A DNA stretch of 64,000 bases from Bacteroidota bacterium. GTDB lineage: Bacteria > Bacteroidota > Bacteroidia > Bacteroidales > GCA-2748055. The stretch lies in NCBI GenBank assembly GCA_051746185.1, contig JBNJEV010000011.1, positions 9,995 to 73,994 of the forward strand, in the 5' to 3' direction. The notes beneath the pieces were generated by a model, which saw only the letters and a program-made list of their open reading frames with translations, ran no database searches and was not told the DNA's origin. The translations under genes and the position numbers were made by a program. Positions 1 to 8,869 of the stretch are shown here, one piece after another. Position 1 is the first letter of the stretch, and each line of letters opens with the position of its first letter.

Positions 1-886
1 TCACATCCATGGTATCGTACATGGTCCAGTCGTCCTCCACAAAATGGTATTTCCCCGCATTGCAGAAGACTTTCTCGGGATGGTCCACCTGCAATACCCA
101 GCGGGCCACATCGAATTCATGGGTGGCATTGTTGCCGGTCTCCCCCGTCCCCCACGGCCAGAACCAGTGCCAGTTGTAATCAAAATAGATATCCTTGTAA
201 GCCTCCCTGGGGGCAGGACCCTGGAAGAGTTCCCAGTCAAATCCTTCCGGAACCGGAACCACCTTTCCGTTCCCGATGGATCCCCGCCGGTTGGCATAAT
301 GGGCGGTCACATGATATATATCCCCGATAAGGCCCTCCTGCAGTTCACCGATCACTTTCTGTGCGGTAAGCTGTGACCGCTGCTGGGTACCCATCATGAT
401 CACCCGGTTGTATTTATTCTGCAGTTCGAGGAACAGCTCGCCTTCCCTGGCATTGTGGGCCAGGGGCTTTTCCACATAGATGTGCTTTCCGGCCTTGGCG
501 GCCATACAGGAAGCGGGACCGTGCCAGTGGTCGGGGATCAGCTGGAAAACAGCATCCACTTTAGGATCCTCAAGGATCTCCCTGAAATCGTTGACCGCTC
601 TGGGCACATACCCCACCGCTTCTTTCATGGATGCAGCATAATCGTCCCTTCTTTTTTTCACCACATCGCAAACGTAACCCACATCCAAATGGTCTTTCAG
701 TGCGGCATAGGAAGAACGCAGTGCATTTGCGCGGCGGTAACAGCCGATCACCGCTATATTCAATCGTTCATTGGCGCCGGGGATCCGGCGATAGCTCCGG
801 GCAGACATGGCAGTTCCGCCCAGGGTGATCCCGGCCGCAGCCACACCTGTTTTTTTGAGGAAATCTCTTCTGTTCTCTGTTTTCAT
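1..886 (-). CDS. Gfo/Idh/MocA-family oxidoreductase with twin-arginine (Tat) signal; C-terminal part lies beyond the left edge (partial)
   Basis: My own minus-strand translation from the ATG at 886 reads MKTENRRDFLKKTGVAAAGITLGGTAMSARSYRRIPGANERLNIAVIGCYRRANA...AGKHIYVEKPLAHN...VEDDWTMYDTMDV. The frame is open to position 2 with no stop, so it is missing from the supplied complete-ORF track. It has an RRDFLKK Tat motif, an NIAVIGC Rossmann start and the EKP family motif. Confidence 0.8.
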   Translation of the reverse strand, partial: MKTENRRDFLKKTGVAAAGITLGGTAMSARSYRRIPGANERLNIAVIGCYRRANALRSSYAALKDHLDVGYVCDVVKKRRDDYAASMKEAVGYVPRAVNDFREILEDPKVDAVFQLIPDHWHGPASCMAAKAGKHIYVEKPLAHNAREGELFLELQNKYNRVIMMGTQQRSQLTAQKVIGELQEGLIGDIYHVTAHYANRRGSIGNGKVVPVPEGFDWELFQGPAPREAYKDIYFDYNWHWFWPWGTGETGNNATHEFDVARWVLQVDHPEKVFCNAGKYHFVEDDWTMYDTMDV

Positions 887-1002
887 AGTAACCTTGATAA
901 ATAGTTTCGTGTTTAAACTTAACTATTTTTTCCCAGACCGGGGAATCTGTCAAAAAGGGACTGGCTGACTGGTTTCTCCGGTGATTTGCTGACCCATGAA
1001 GG

Positions 1003-3174
1003 ATGGTATCCTGTTCTGCCCGGATACCTTTTTCTACCGGAAAATGGTATATTCGGCTCCCCATGCAATCATCATCCCGACACAGGACCATTTTGTTCTC
1101 CTGCATGTTCATCTGCATGATACAACCACTGCAGGGTCAGCAGCGGTTCAGAACAGAAACGCTGAAAATGCAGGTGGAGGCTGTCTGGTTTGATCGTCCT
1201 CCGGTCATCGATGGAAATATGAACGACGATGTGTGGAAAAAAGCCTTGCCGGTTACCGAATTCAAGCAGAGAGAACCGGATACCGGTGAGCCGTTTTCAC
1301 AGGACACGGAGGTTTATTTCGGTTTTGACAGGGATCATCTTTATGTGGGATTCCGTTGTTTGTGCGATCCTTCCACCATCACCGCCAAAGAGATGGCACG
1401 GGATGTGAGCCTCGGGAACGATGACCGCGTACAGGTGATCCTGGACACCTACCTGGACCGGCGGAATGCATACTGGTTCCAGATAGGCCCCCGGGGATCC
1501 ATCGGAGATGCCATTATCAGTGAGAACGGGGCGGCCTTCAACAAGGCCTGGGATGGTCTCTGGACCGGTAAAGCAAACATCCACGGGAATGGCTGGGATG
1601 CCGAACTGGTTATTCCGTTCAAGACCATGGGATTTGAGAAAGAGCTTGAGCACTGGGGCCTGAAGCTGATCCGGTACCATATGAGAAACCAGGAGTCGGG
1701 CTACTGGCCGGTGGCCAATCTGAACTCCCACAAATTCCAGGTCTCCGATGCAGGACTTCTCACCGGACTGGAAGGGATCAGCCAGGGGGTGGGTCTGGAT
1801 GTGGTGCCCTATGGCCTTACCGGTGCAGATTACAGAGGCCGGCCGGAAGAAATCAGGGGAGTGCTCAATGCCGGACTGGAAACCTATTATCATATCACCC
1901 CGAGTCTGAAGGCGGCAATCACCATCAATACGGACTTTGCCCAGACCGAGGTCGACGACCGGGAGATCAATCTGACCAGGTTCAGGCTGTTCTACCCGGA
2001 AAAACGCGATTTCTTCCTGGACGGGGCCAATTACTTCAATTTCGGGATCAACGGTGACAGGGAGAATCCGTGGAATACCAGGATGATCCCATTTTTCACA
2101 AGGCGCATCGGACTCGATTCTGCGGGAAGTCCCATCCCGGTCCTTTTCGGGAGCAAGATCACAGGACAGGCCGGGTTGTGGAACATCGGAGCCATGTATA
2201 TGAAGGATCAGCGCCCCGGATGGAGGAATGCTCATTTTGCTGTAACCAGGATCTCACGAAATATGGGCGGGCAATCGCAGATCGGGATGATAAGCACCTG
2301 GGGGAATGCCATTGAAGACCGGCCGGTCCTGCTGGCGGGACTGGACGCGAAACTAGCCACATCGCATTTCAGGGGGAACAGGAACCTGTCATTGACAATG
2401 TACGGTCTGAGATCCTTCACTTTTCCGGACAATGAGAGTCAGGCCGAAAAAGAAAGATCATTGACCTGGGGTGCGGAATTGCTGTATCCCAATGATCTGG
2501 TCCACTTCAGGGCCGGGCACCTCCAAATCCAGGAAGATTTTGTTGCAGGAACAGGATTCGTCCCCCGGCCCGGGATCATCCAATCCTACGGGGAATTGAT
2601 GGTCGGACCCAGGCCTTCCCGGTGGGGAATCATGCAGGTCCTGGCGGGGACAGGGCTGGATCATATCAGCGATTTTGAAGCACGGATGTTAACCAGGGAG
2701 GTAACATTCACCCCGCTCGATATCCGGTTTTTAACGGGCGAACAGGTCACCTGGAAGATGACCTCGACCTATGAATACCTGGACAGGGAATTCCGGATGT
2801 ACCGGGACCATATTGTACCGGCAGGGGCCTACTCCTTTTTCTGGCAAAACGTCAGTTTCCAATCAGCCCAGCGCAGATCTCTCTGGGCGGCGGCAGCCTG
2901 CCGGTGGGGGAGGTTTTATGGCGGCACCCGTCATGAAATCCGCCTGGAGGCGGGTTACAAGGTCGCTGTGCCTCTGTTCGTGGGAGGTGAAGTGATCCGA
3001 AATGATATTGAACTGGAAGGAGAATACAGTATGATTCCCAGTCAGACCGGGCAGGCTGGCAGTCCAGGTTCCAGTGGATCATCCGGCCGGGCAGAGAGTT
3101 CTTCCTGGTATGGAACAGCATTGCCGGAGATCCCTTCGACAGGTTCCGGCTCGAGGAATCCTCCGCTCGCCTGA
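1003..3174 (+). CDS. CBM9-like / DUF5916 domain protein (secreted carbohydrate-binding family); likely start at 1063; 3' end probably frameshifted, with the authentic C-terminus ending at 3200 in another frame
   Basis: The 723-aa ORF contains VIDGNMNDDVWKKALPVTEFKQREPDTGEP...EVYFGFDRDHLYVGFRC, typical of the CBM9-like/DUF5916 family. The internal Met at 1063 starts a signal-peptide-like MQSSSRHRTILFSCMFICMIQPLQGQQ. The last ~45 aa of the called frame are low-complexity (QAGSPGSSGSSGRAESSS). The frame ending at 3200 reads YDSQSDRAGWQSRFQWIIRPGREFFLVWNSIAGDPFDRFRLEESSARLKVKFTLRF. Confidence 0.7.
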   Translation: MVSCSARIPFSTGKWYIRLPMQSSSRHRTILFSCMFICMIQPLQGQQRFRTETLKMQVEAVWFDRPPVIDGNMNDDVWKKALPVTEFKQREPDTGEPFSQDTEVYFGFDRDHLYVGFRCLCDPSTITAKEMARDVSLGNDDRVQVILDTYLDRRNAYWFQIGPRGSIGDAIISENGAAFNKAWDGLWTGKANIHGNGWDAELVIPFKTMGFEKELEHWGLKLIRYHMRNQESGYWPVANLNSHKFQVSDAGLLTGLEGISQGVGLDVVPYGLTGADYRGRPEEIRGVLNAGLETYYHITPSLKAAITINTDFAQTEVDDREINLTRFRLFYPEKRDFFLDGANYFNFGINGDRENPWNTRMIPFFTRRIGLDSAGSPIPVLFGSKITGQAGLWNIGAMYMKDQRPGWRNAHFAVTRISRNMGGQSQIGMISTWGNAIEDRPVLLAGLDAKLATSHFRGNRNLSLTMYGLRSFTFPDNESQAEKERSLTWGAELLYPNDLVHFRAGHLQIQEDFVAGTGFVPRPGIIQSYGELMVGPRPSRWGIMQVLAGTGLDHISDFEARMLTREVTFTPLDIRFLTGEQVTWKMTSTYEYLDREFRMYRDHIVPAGAYSFFWQNVSFQSAQRRSLWAAAACRWGRFYGGTRHEIRLEAGYKVAVPLFVGGEVIRNDIELEGEYSMIPSQTGQAGSPGSSGSSGRAESSSWYGTALPEIPSTGSGSRNPPLA

Positions 3175-3239
3175 AGGTGAAATTCACATTGCGTTTTTGA
3201 CTTACACAGGCACACTGGCTGGTGGAAGAGTCAATCTTT

Positions 3240-5693
3240 CTACTCGTAATGCAGTGCCACTGCCGGATTGATGCGTGCCGCCCGCAGGGAGGTGACTGTG
3301 ACGGTGACCATGGCGATGAGGATAGCCAGCAATGCCGCGGAGAGGAAAAGCAGCGGCTGGAATCCAACATTGTACGGGAAATCCATGAGCCAGTCGCGCA
3401 TCATATAATAGGCCACGGGCATGGCGATCAGAATGGAGACCCCCACTGCCGTCATCACGCTCCGGCTGATCACGGCGACGATGTTCGGCTCGGTGGCACC
3501 CAGTACTTTCCTGATCCCGATCTCCCTGATCCGTTTCTGGGAATTGTACAGGGTCAGTCCGAAAAGCCCCAGGGAGGCAATGAAAATGGCCAGGATGGAA
3601 AAGATCAGGGTGACCGCACCGGTGCGTCTTTCTTCCGCATAAAAGGAATCCAGCTCTTCATCCAGGAAAAAATACTGCAGCGGCTGGTCATGGGTGAAAT
3701 CCTTCCACGTTTTGTCTATATGCTCCAGTCCGGCCTCGATGTTGTCTTTGCCCGGAGCCAGCCTGACGGTCAGATAACCTGCCCAGTCCCATCTTTGCGG
3801 CTTGAGGATCAGGATCTGCGGCGCCACCTCGTGTTTCAGTGTAAGGAAATGGTGGTCTTTCATCACCCCGATAACCCTCAACTCGGTAAATTCCCCCATG
3901 TCAGTATCCCACAGGATTTTCTGATTCAGAGGATCTTCAAGGTTAAAATTTCTGACCGCAGCCTCGTTGATCAGACAGGCGGTCGAATCGGTGGCGAAAT
4001 CCTCTGAAAAGAAACGGCTGTCAGGTGTGGCCATCCCGAAGCGGTAAGTCTCCATAAAATCCTCATCGGTCCAGAATGTATAGAAGAGCACTGATTCCTC
4101 CCTGGGCCTTCCCTTCACACCATATGCATTGTTGTTGTTGGGTGCCCCCAGGTATGCCGTGGAATTGGTGGCCGAAAGGATGGAGCTGTGGCCGGTCAGC
4201 TCATCCTTGAAGGTCTGGATCCGGTTTCCCAGCGGATGGATCCGCTCCAGCACCACCAGCTGTTGTTCTTCGAATCCCAGCTCCTTGCCTGTCATATAGT
4301 TGAACTGCCGGAAGATCACCAGGGTCCCTGCAATGATGATGATCGAGATGGAGAACTGGACGATCACCAGGGAATTCCTCAGCCAGGTGGTGCCGTTTTT
4401 CATTTCAACATTCCCCTTCAGCGCAAAGATCGGTCTGAAGGAAGCCAGCACTAAGGAGGGATAGCTTCCTGAGAGCAGTCCCACCAGGATTGCCAGCACC
4501 AGGAAAGCCGGGATCATGTACCAGCGGAAAATATCCCCGAAGTTCAGGTTCAGATCCACCAGGTTGTTGAACGGCTCCAGCAGGATTACCACCAGGATGA
4601 TGGCAATCACCAGCGAGAGCAGGCTCAGGAACACACTTTCGAACAGAAACTGCCTGATCAGCTGCCTGCGGCCGGATCCCACCACCTTTCGCAGGCTCAC
4701 TTCCCTGGCCCGGCTCAGGGACCTGGCCGTGCTCAGGTTCATGAAGTTGATGGAGGCAATGATCAGAACGAAAAAAGCAATGATCCCGAAAATCATCAGG
4801 TAAGTGCGGTTCCCGATGGGCCGGAACCCGATATCATTGGGTAACTCGATCTCCGAATCCAGATGGATCTTCAGCAGAGGCTGGGTAAAAACACCGTACC
4901 GGTTTCCTGCATCGATGAATTCTTCGGGTTCGATCCCCATGAATTGCTTCAGCTGGGCCCGGATATTCTCAAGCAAAGATGCATTGATCTTATCATCCAG
5001 CAGCTGCTGGTCGGTTCCCGGGCGGACCAGGATATAGGTGAACATGTGGTTGTTGAACCAGATGGTCCTCCGGCTCGACTCATAGGTGGAATAGGAACAG
5101 ATGAAATCATAAAAAAAATGGGACATCCTGGGGGCATCCTCCACCACTCCCGTGACCGTGTAAAGTGTGGAATCATCGTTCATGGCGATGACTTTCCCCA
5201 GGGGATCCCCTTCAGGAAAATATTGCGGCACCTTTGATTCGGACAGCAGAATGGCATTGGGTTCATCCAGGCAGGTGGCCGGGTCGCCCTCCAGCAGGTT
5301 CATGGAAAAAACATCGAAGAAAGTGGAATCGGCATACATGATCCGGTTCTCCAGGTATTTCTGGGTTGGATCGGACCACATCAGCCGGTTGTTGGCAAAA
5401 TCGAAGCGGCAGAAATTCTCGATCTCCGGGATCTCCTCATGGAAAGTGGGTCCGAAAATGGGACTGTTCCAGGCACCTTTTACCTCTTCACTGGCTATTT
5501 TCCCGTCCAAATAAAGGCGGTAGATGTCATCCGCCCTGGCATGGAACCGGTCATAGCCGGTTTCGCTGATGATGTACAGAATGATGAAAATGGCACTGGC
5601 CATGCCGATGGCCAGTCCGGAGATATTGATCACATTGAATACTTTGTTCTTATTAATGCTCCGGATGGTGACATGCAAAAAATTCTTCCACAT
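3240..5693 (-). CDS. ABC transporter permease, FtsX/MacB-like (duplicated FtsX domains with large periplasmic domains)
   Basis: 817-aa ORF. The N-terminus MWKNFLHVTIRSINKNKVFNVINISGLAIGMASAIFIILYI is the standard start of Bacteroidota FtsX-family permeases. TM clusters occur in the middle and at the C-terminus (…RKVLGATEPNIVAVISRSV…AARINPAVALHYE). Confidence 0.85.
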   Translation of the reverse strand: MWKNFLHVTIRSINKNKVFNVINISGLAIGMASAIFIILYIISETGYDRFHARADDIYRLYLDGKIASEEVKGAWNSPIFGPTFHEEIPEIENFCRFDFANNRLMWSDPTQKYLENRIMYADSTFFDVFSMNLLEGDPATCLDEPNAILLSESKVPQYFPEGDPLGKVIAMNDDSTLYTVTGVVEDAPRMSHFFYDFICSYSTYESSRRTIWFNNHMFTYILVRPGTDQQLLDDKINASLLENIRAQLKQFMGIEPEEFIDAGNRYGVFTQPLLKIHLDSEIELPNDIGFRPIGNRTYLMIFGIIAFFVLIIASINFMNLSTARSLSRAREVSLRKVVGSGRRQLIRQFLFESVFLSLLSLVIAIILVVILLEPFNNLVDLNLNFGDIFRWYMIPAFLVLAILVGLLSGSYPSLVLASFRPIFALKGNVEMKNGTTWLRNSLVIVQFSISIIIIAGTLVIFRQFNYMTGKELGFEEQQLVVLERIHPLGNRIQTFKDELTGHSSILSATNSTAYLGAPNNNNAYGVKGRPREESVLFYTFWTDEDFMETYRFGMATPDSRFFSEDFATDSTACLINEAAVRNFNLEDPLNQKILWDTDMGEFTELRVIGVMKDHHFLTLKHEVAPQILILKPQRWDWAGYLTVRLAPGKDNIEAGLEHIDKTWKDFTHDQPLQYFFLDEELDSFYAEERRTGAVTLIFSILAIFIASLGLFGLTLYNSQKRIREIGIRKVLGATEPNIVAVISRSVMTAVGVSILIAMPVAYYMMRDWLMDFPYNVGFQPLLFLSAALLAILIAMVTVTVTSLRAARINPAVALHYE

Positions 5694-5847
5694 ATCTGCA
5701 GGTTTTTCTTTGACAGATCAGAAATTGTGCCACAGGACTTTAAGTGCTGATTATCTGGTCTTTATCATGTTTTTCCCGGTTCACGAATGGTTCGTAACCG
5801 TACATGGGTGTACGAATACGGACATGGACCTTTTGAATGGATTTCTC

Positions 5848-5855
5848 TATCTTTG
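5848..5855 (+). promoter_or_regulatory. Candidate Bacteroidota -7 promoter box (TAnnTTTG)
   Basis: tatctttg matches TAnnTTTG and ends 36 nt upstream of the ATG at 5891, in a divergent intergenic region. This is a motif match only. Confidence 0.3.
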
Positions 5856-5890
5856 ATCAAACATATCCGTGAACATTAAACCCGAATGAC

Positions 5891-7366
5891 ATGAACTACC
5901 GGACTGTTACAAGGCGCGAATTTGTAAAACTATCTGCTGCGGCTGCAGCGGGAGTCACCCTTTTGCCCGGATGCGGGTTCCGGCTGGATCAGCTGCCGGC
6001 TCCCATGAAAAGGGAATTTGGAAAGACCGGCTTCCGGGTGACCACCCTGGGGCTCGGGGGACAGGCCTCCCTGCAGTGGACCCCGGAAGACGTGGACCCC
6101 GTACCCATCATCCTGAAGGCATTCAACATGGGGATCAACTACTTCGATACCTCCAATGTCTATGACGGCAGCCAGATGAATTACGGCAAGGCATTCAGGC
6201 AGCTGAACCTGATCCCCGGCCACCCGGAATATGACGAAAAACTGCGCGAGTCCATCTGGCTGACCACCAAGACCGGCATCAGATGGGCAAAAGGAGGATA
6301 CCCTGAAATGGAAGGGGTAAGGAATTTCACCCAGGGGGATCACGGAGAAGGTGCGGTGGCCGACCTGAAGCGTTCCCTGTCCCAGATGTTCGGCGACGGG
6401 AAGGGAAATTATCCGGAGGGAGCCTATGTGAATATGATCCTGATGCACGCCCTGGACAATTTTGAGGAGGTGGAAGTGCTGTACCGGGGTCTCGATACAC
6501 CCCCGGATCCTGACGGGAATTTCGGGGCACTGGTGGCAATCAGGGATTTCAGGGACGGGACCAACATCACGGGTTTGAATCCGAAGCATGAACAGCTGGT
6601 GAGGCATATCGGCTTTTCGGGACATCTGAATTCACCGGCCATGATCGAAATGATCCAGCGGGACCGTTACGGGCTCCTGGACGGAATGCTGGTGGCCATC
6701 AATCCCAATGACAAGCTCTACCTGAACCACCAGTACAACGTGATCCCTGTGGCAGAGGCCGGGGGACTGGGGATCATTGCCATGAAGGTATTTGCCGACG
6801 GGGCCATGTACACCAAGGAGGCACGCTGGTCGGGTAATCCCGAAGATGTGGTCCGGACCGTGGGCAGTGAGGAGCTACCCAGCAACCCCCTGGTGGAATA
6901 TGCCCTGACCACCCCGGGTATCCATACGGCCATCATCGGGATCGGACAGATCTCCGATGATCACCTGAATTGCCAGCTGGTTCAGAACTACTACGCAGCC
7001 CAGATCGCCCCGGACGGAATGGAGCACCGGAAAAGGCTGGAGATGGAGCAGAAGACGGCACAGGTAAAAGACGGAAAGACCAATTATTTCCAGCGTCCCA
7101 AAGTTGGGCTCACTCCTCCGAACAATCCCAGGATCCTTGAGGAAGGAGAAATAAAACTGGCCTGGGACACTGCCTATGCCGGAGATTTTCCCGTTTCCCA
7201 TTACGAGGTATTCAGGGACGGGGAACAGGTGGGCAGCATTCCTCATACGCCCCAGACCACAAAGGAGCCATTCATTTTCCGGGACGAAACCGGGGGGCGT
7301 TCCTACCGGGTGGTCTCGGTGGATACAGAGGATAACCGGGCAGAAAGCGAACCCCTGGTGGTTTGA
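5891..7366 (+). CDS. Aldo/keto reductase with Tat/lipoprotein-type signal and a C-terminal ~90-aa beta-rich (Fn3-like) extension
   Basis: 491-aa ORF. The N-terminus is MNYRTVTRREFVKLSAAAAAGVTLLPGC (twin-Arg plus a lipobox-like Cys). The AKR core includes FGKTGFRVTTLGLGGQASLQW…INYFDTSNVYDGSQ. The tail is …KLAWDTAYAGDFPVSHYEVFRDGEQVGSI…YRVVSVDTEDNRAESEPLVV. Confidence 0.8.
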   Translation: MNYRTVTRREFVKLSAAAAAGVTLLPGCGFRLDQLPAPMKREFGKTGFRVTTLGLGGQASLQWTPEDVDPVPIILKAFNMGINYFDTSNVYDGSQMNYGKAFRQLNLIPGHPEYDEKLRESIWLTTKTGIRWAKGGYPEMEGVRNFTQGDHGEGAVADLKRSLSQMFGDGKGNYPEGAYVNMILMHALDNFEEVEVLYRGLDTPPDPDGNFGALVAIRDFRDGTNITGLNPKHEQLVRHIGFSGHLNSPAMIEMIQRDRYGLLDGMLVAINPNDKLYLNHQYNVIPVAEAGGLGIIAMKVFADGAMYTKEARWSGNPEDVVRTVGSEELPSNPLVEYALTTPGIHTAIIGIGQISDDHLNCQLVQNYYAAQIAPDGMEHRKRLEMEQKTAQVKDGKTNYFQRPKVGLTPPNNPRILEEGEIKLAWDTAYAGDFPVSHYEVFRDGEQVGSIPHTPQTTKEPFIFRDETGGRSYRVVSVDTEDNRAESEPLVV

Positions 7367-7376
7367 GGGGTTCAGC

Positions 7377-7440
7377 CTGGTTTGCGCAGTTCGGCTGGTT
7401 TGCGCAGTTCGGCTGGTTTGCGCAGTTCGGCCTGGTCTGG
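7377..7440. repeat. Perfect 18-bp tandem repeat x3 (ctggtttgcgcagttcgg) plus a partial fourth unit
   Basis: Read directly: units at 7377-7394, 7395-7412 and 7413-7430, then cctggtctgg. It lies between convergent stops (TGA at 7364-7366, TCA at 7445-7447). Confidence 0.95.
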
Positions 7441-7444
7441 GGGT

Positions 7445-8866
7445 TCAGCTGCCTTTGAACCCTTTGCGTTCCATGACCCCCCAGGTATTCTTTCTGAAGA
7501 GCTTGTCCAGGTTCCCCTTGATGATCATCAGAAGTACAACGGGATGGTAAAATATCGGCTCCAGGAAAGCTGTGCCGATGAGTTTCAGAACATCCCTCCT
7601 TTTTTCATATTTATGGAAAGTGATCTCTTCGAAAAGAACGGACCAGATGGATAGGGAAACAGCGAAGAAATAGACAAATCCCAGAAGAAGCAGGAAAAAG
7701 GGCCAGTTCAGCCTGCCTGTAACTGCCAGGAATATGAACCAGAGGATCCCCAGAAATTCTATAATGGGGGCCAGGTATTCGAACACCAGCCAGTAAGGAT
7801 ACCCCAGCAAACCCAGCTTGCCGTATTTTTTATTGAAAAACAGCTTCCTGTGGGAGATCAGGGTTTCCAGGGTGCCGCGGGTCCAGCGGCTTCGCTGCCG
7901 GGCCAGCATTTTGATCGAGGAGGGGACCTCGGTCCAGCAGAGCGGATCGGGAATATACACCACATCATACTTCTGTCCCTGCTCTGCCATATAGCGCCGG
8001 ATGCGTACAACCAGCTCCATGTCCTCTCCGACGGTATCGGTCCGGTACCCTCCGGCCCGGATCACGATCTCACGGTCGAACATTCCCAGTGCACCCGAGA
8101 TCAGCAGCAATCCGTCCAGTTCGCTCCAGGCCATACGTCCCATCAGAAAGGCCCTGGTGTATTCCATCACCTGTGCGCGGGGCAGGAATTTCCGGGGAAG
8201 ATGGATCTTCCGGATATGTCCGCCGGAAATCTCGCATGAATTGGCGATCCGGATCACCCCTCCGGCACCGATCACCTTTTTTTCCTTGGCTTCCAGGAAT
8301 GGCTTCACCAGTTTTAGCAGGGCATCCGGTTCCATGATCGAATCCGCATCGATGCTCACCACCAAATCGTTCCTGGAAACATTCAGTCCGGCATTGAGCG
8401 AATCGGCCTTACCCCCGTTGATCTTATCGATCACCGTCAGTTTTTTGAAGGACCTGTTTTGCGATTTGTACACCCCCCGGATCCGTTTGCAGGGAATGCG
8501 GTAATCGAAATAGTAATTCACCTTTTCCAGTTCATAGGCCCGGATGATCTTCTCCAGGGAATCGTCTGTGCTCCCGTCGTTGACCACGATCACCTCGTAA
8601 TTGTTGTAATACAGAGAAAGCAACGTACGGATATTGTCCACAATCGTCTGGCTTTCATTGAAAGCGGGTGCGATCACCGACAGGGAAGGGGCCAGCGGAG
8701 AGGAGACAATGGAATTGTAATCCACGTAGCTGTTCTTTCTCAGGTATTTGCGAAGCGAAACCGCCGAAAATATGGTAAGCATCAGATAGGTACTGAAGAT
8801 CAATGCGGTGATGATGAAGATCGCATGCAGGAAAAAAAACCTCAGTATGTCGTACATCTGTTCCAT
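7445..8866 (-). CDS. Family-2 glycosyltransferase, processive membrane-embedded polysaccharide synthase type (PgaC/IcaA/NodC/BcsA-like)
   Basis: 473 aa. It has N-terminal TM helices and a GT-A core with VVNDGSTDDS (D96), SIDADS (D173xD175), GEDMEL (E281-D282) and QRSRW (324-328). About four C-terminal TM helices follow (YPYWLVFEYLAPIIEFLGILWFIFLAV…). Confidence 0.85.
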   Translation of the reverse strand: MEQMYDILRFFFLHAIFIITALIFSTYLMLTIFSAVSLRKYLRKNSYVDYNSIVSSPLAPSLSVIAPAFNESQTIVDNIRTLLSLYYNNYEVIVVNDGSTDDSLEKIIRAYELEKVNYYFDYRIPCKRIRGVYKSQNRSFKKLTVIDKINGGKADSLNAGLNVSRNDLVVSIDADSIMEPDALLKLVKPFLEAKEKKVIGAGGVIRIANSCEISGGHIRKIHLPRKFLPRAQVMEYTRAFLMGRMAWSELDGLLLISGALGMFDREIVIRAGGYRTDTVGEDMELVVRIRRYMAEQGQKYDVVYIPDPLCWTEVPSSIKMLARQRSRWTRGTLETLISHRKLFFNKKYGKLGLLGYPYWLVFEYLAPIIEFLGILWFIFLAVTGRLNWPFFLLLLGFVYFFAVSLSIWSVLFEEITFHKYEKRRDVLKLIGTAFLEPIFYHPVVLLMIIKGNLDKLFRKNTWGVMERKGFKGS

Positions 8867-8869
8867 ATC

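Noticed and set aside
1297-4007. 312-aa minus ORF (1297..2235) and 261-aa plus ORF (3222..4007)
   Set aside because: They are antisense to the DUF5916 gene and the ABC permease respectively. They are G/P/D/H-rich with no motifs.
7176-7550. 124-aa ORF reading through the 18-bp repeat as (LVCAVR)x3
   Set aside because: It overlaps the 3' ends of two convergent, well-supported genes. The peptide repeat is simply the translation of the non-coding tandem array.
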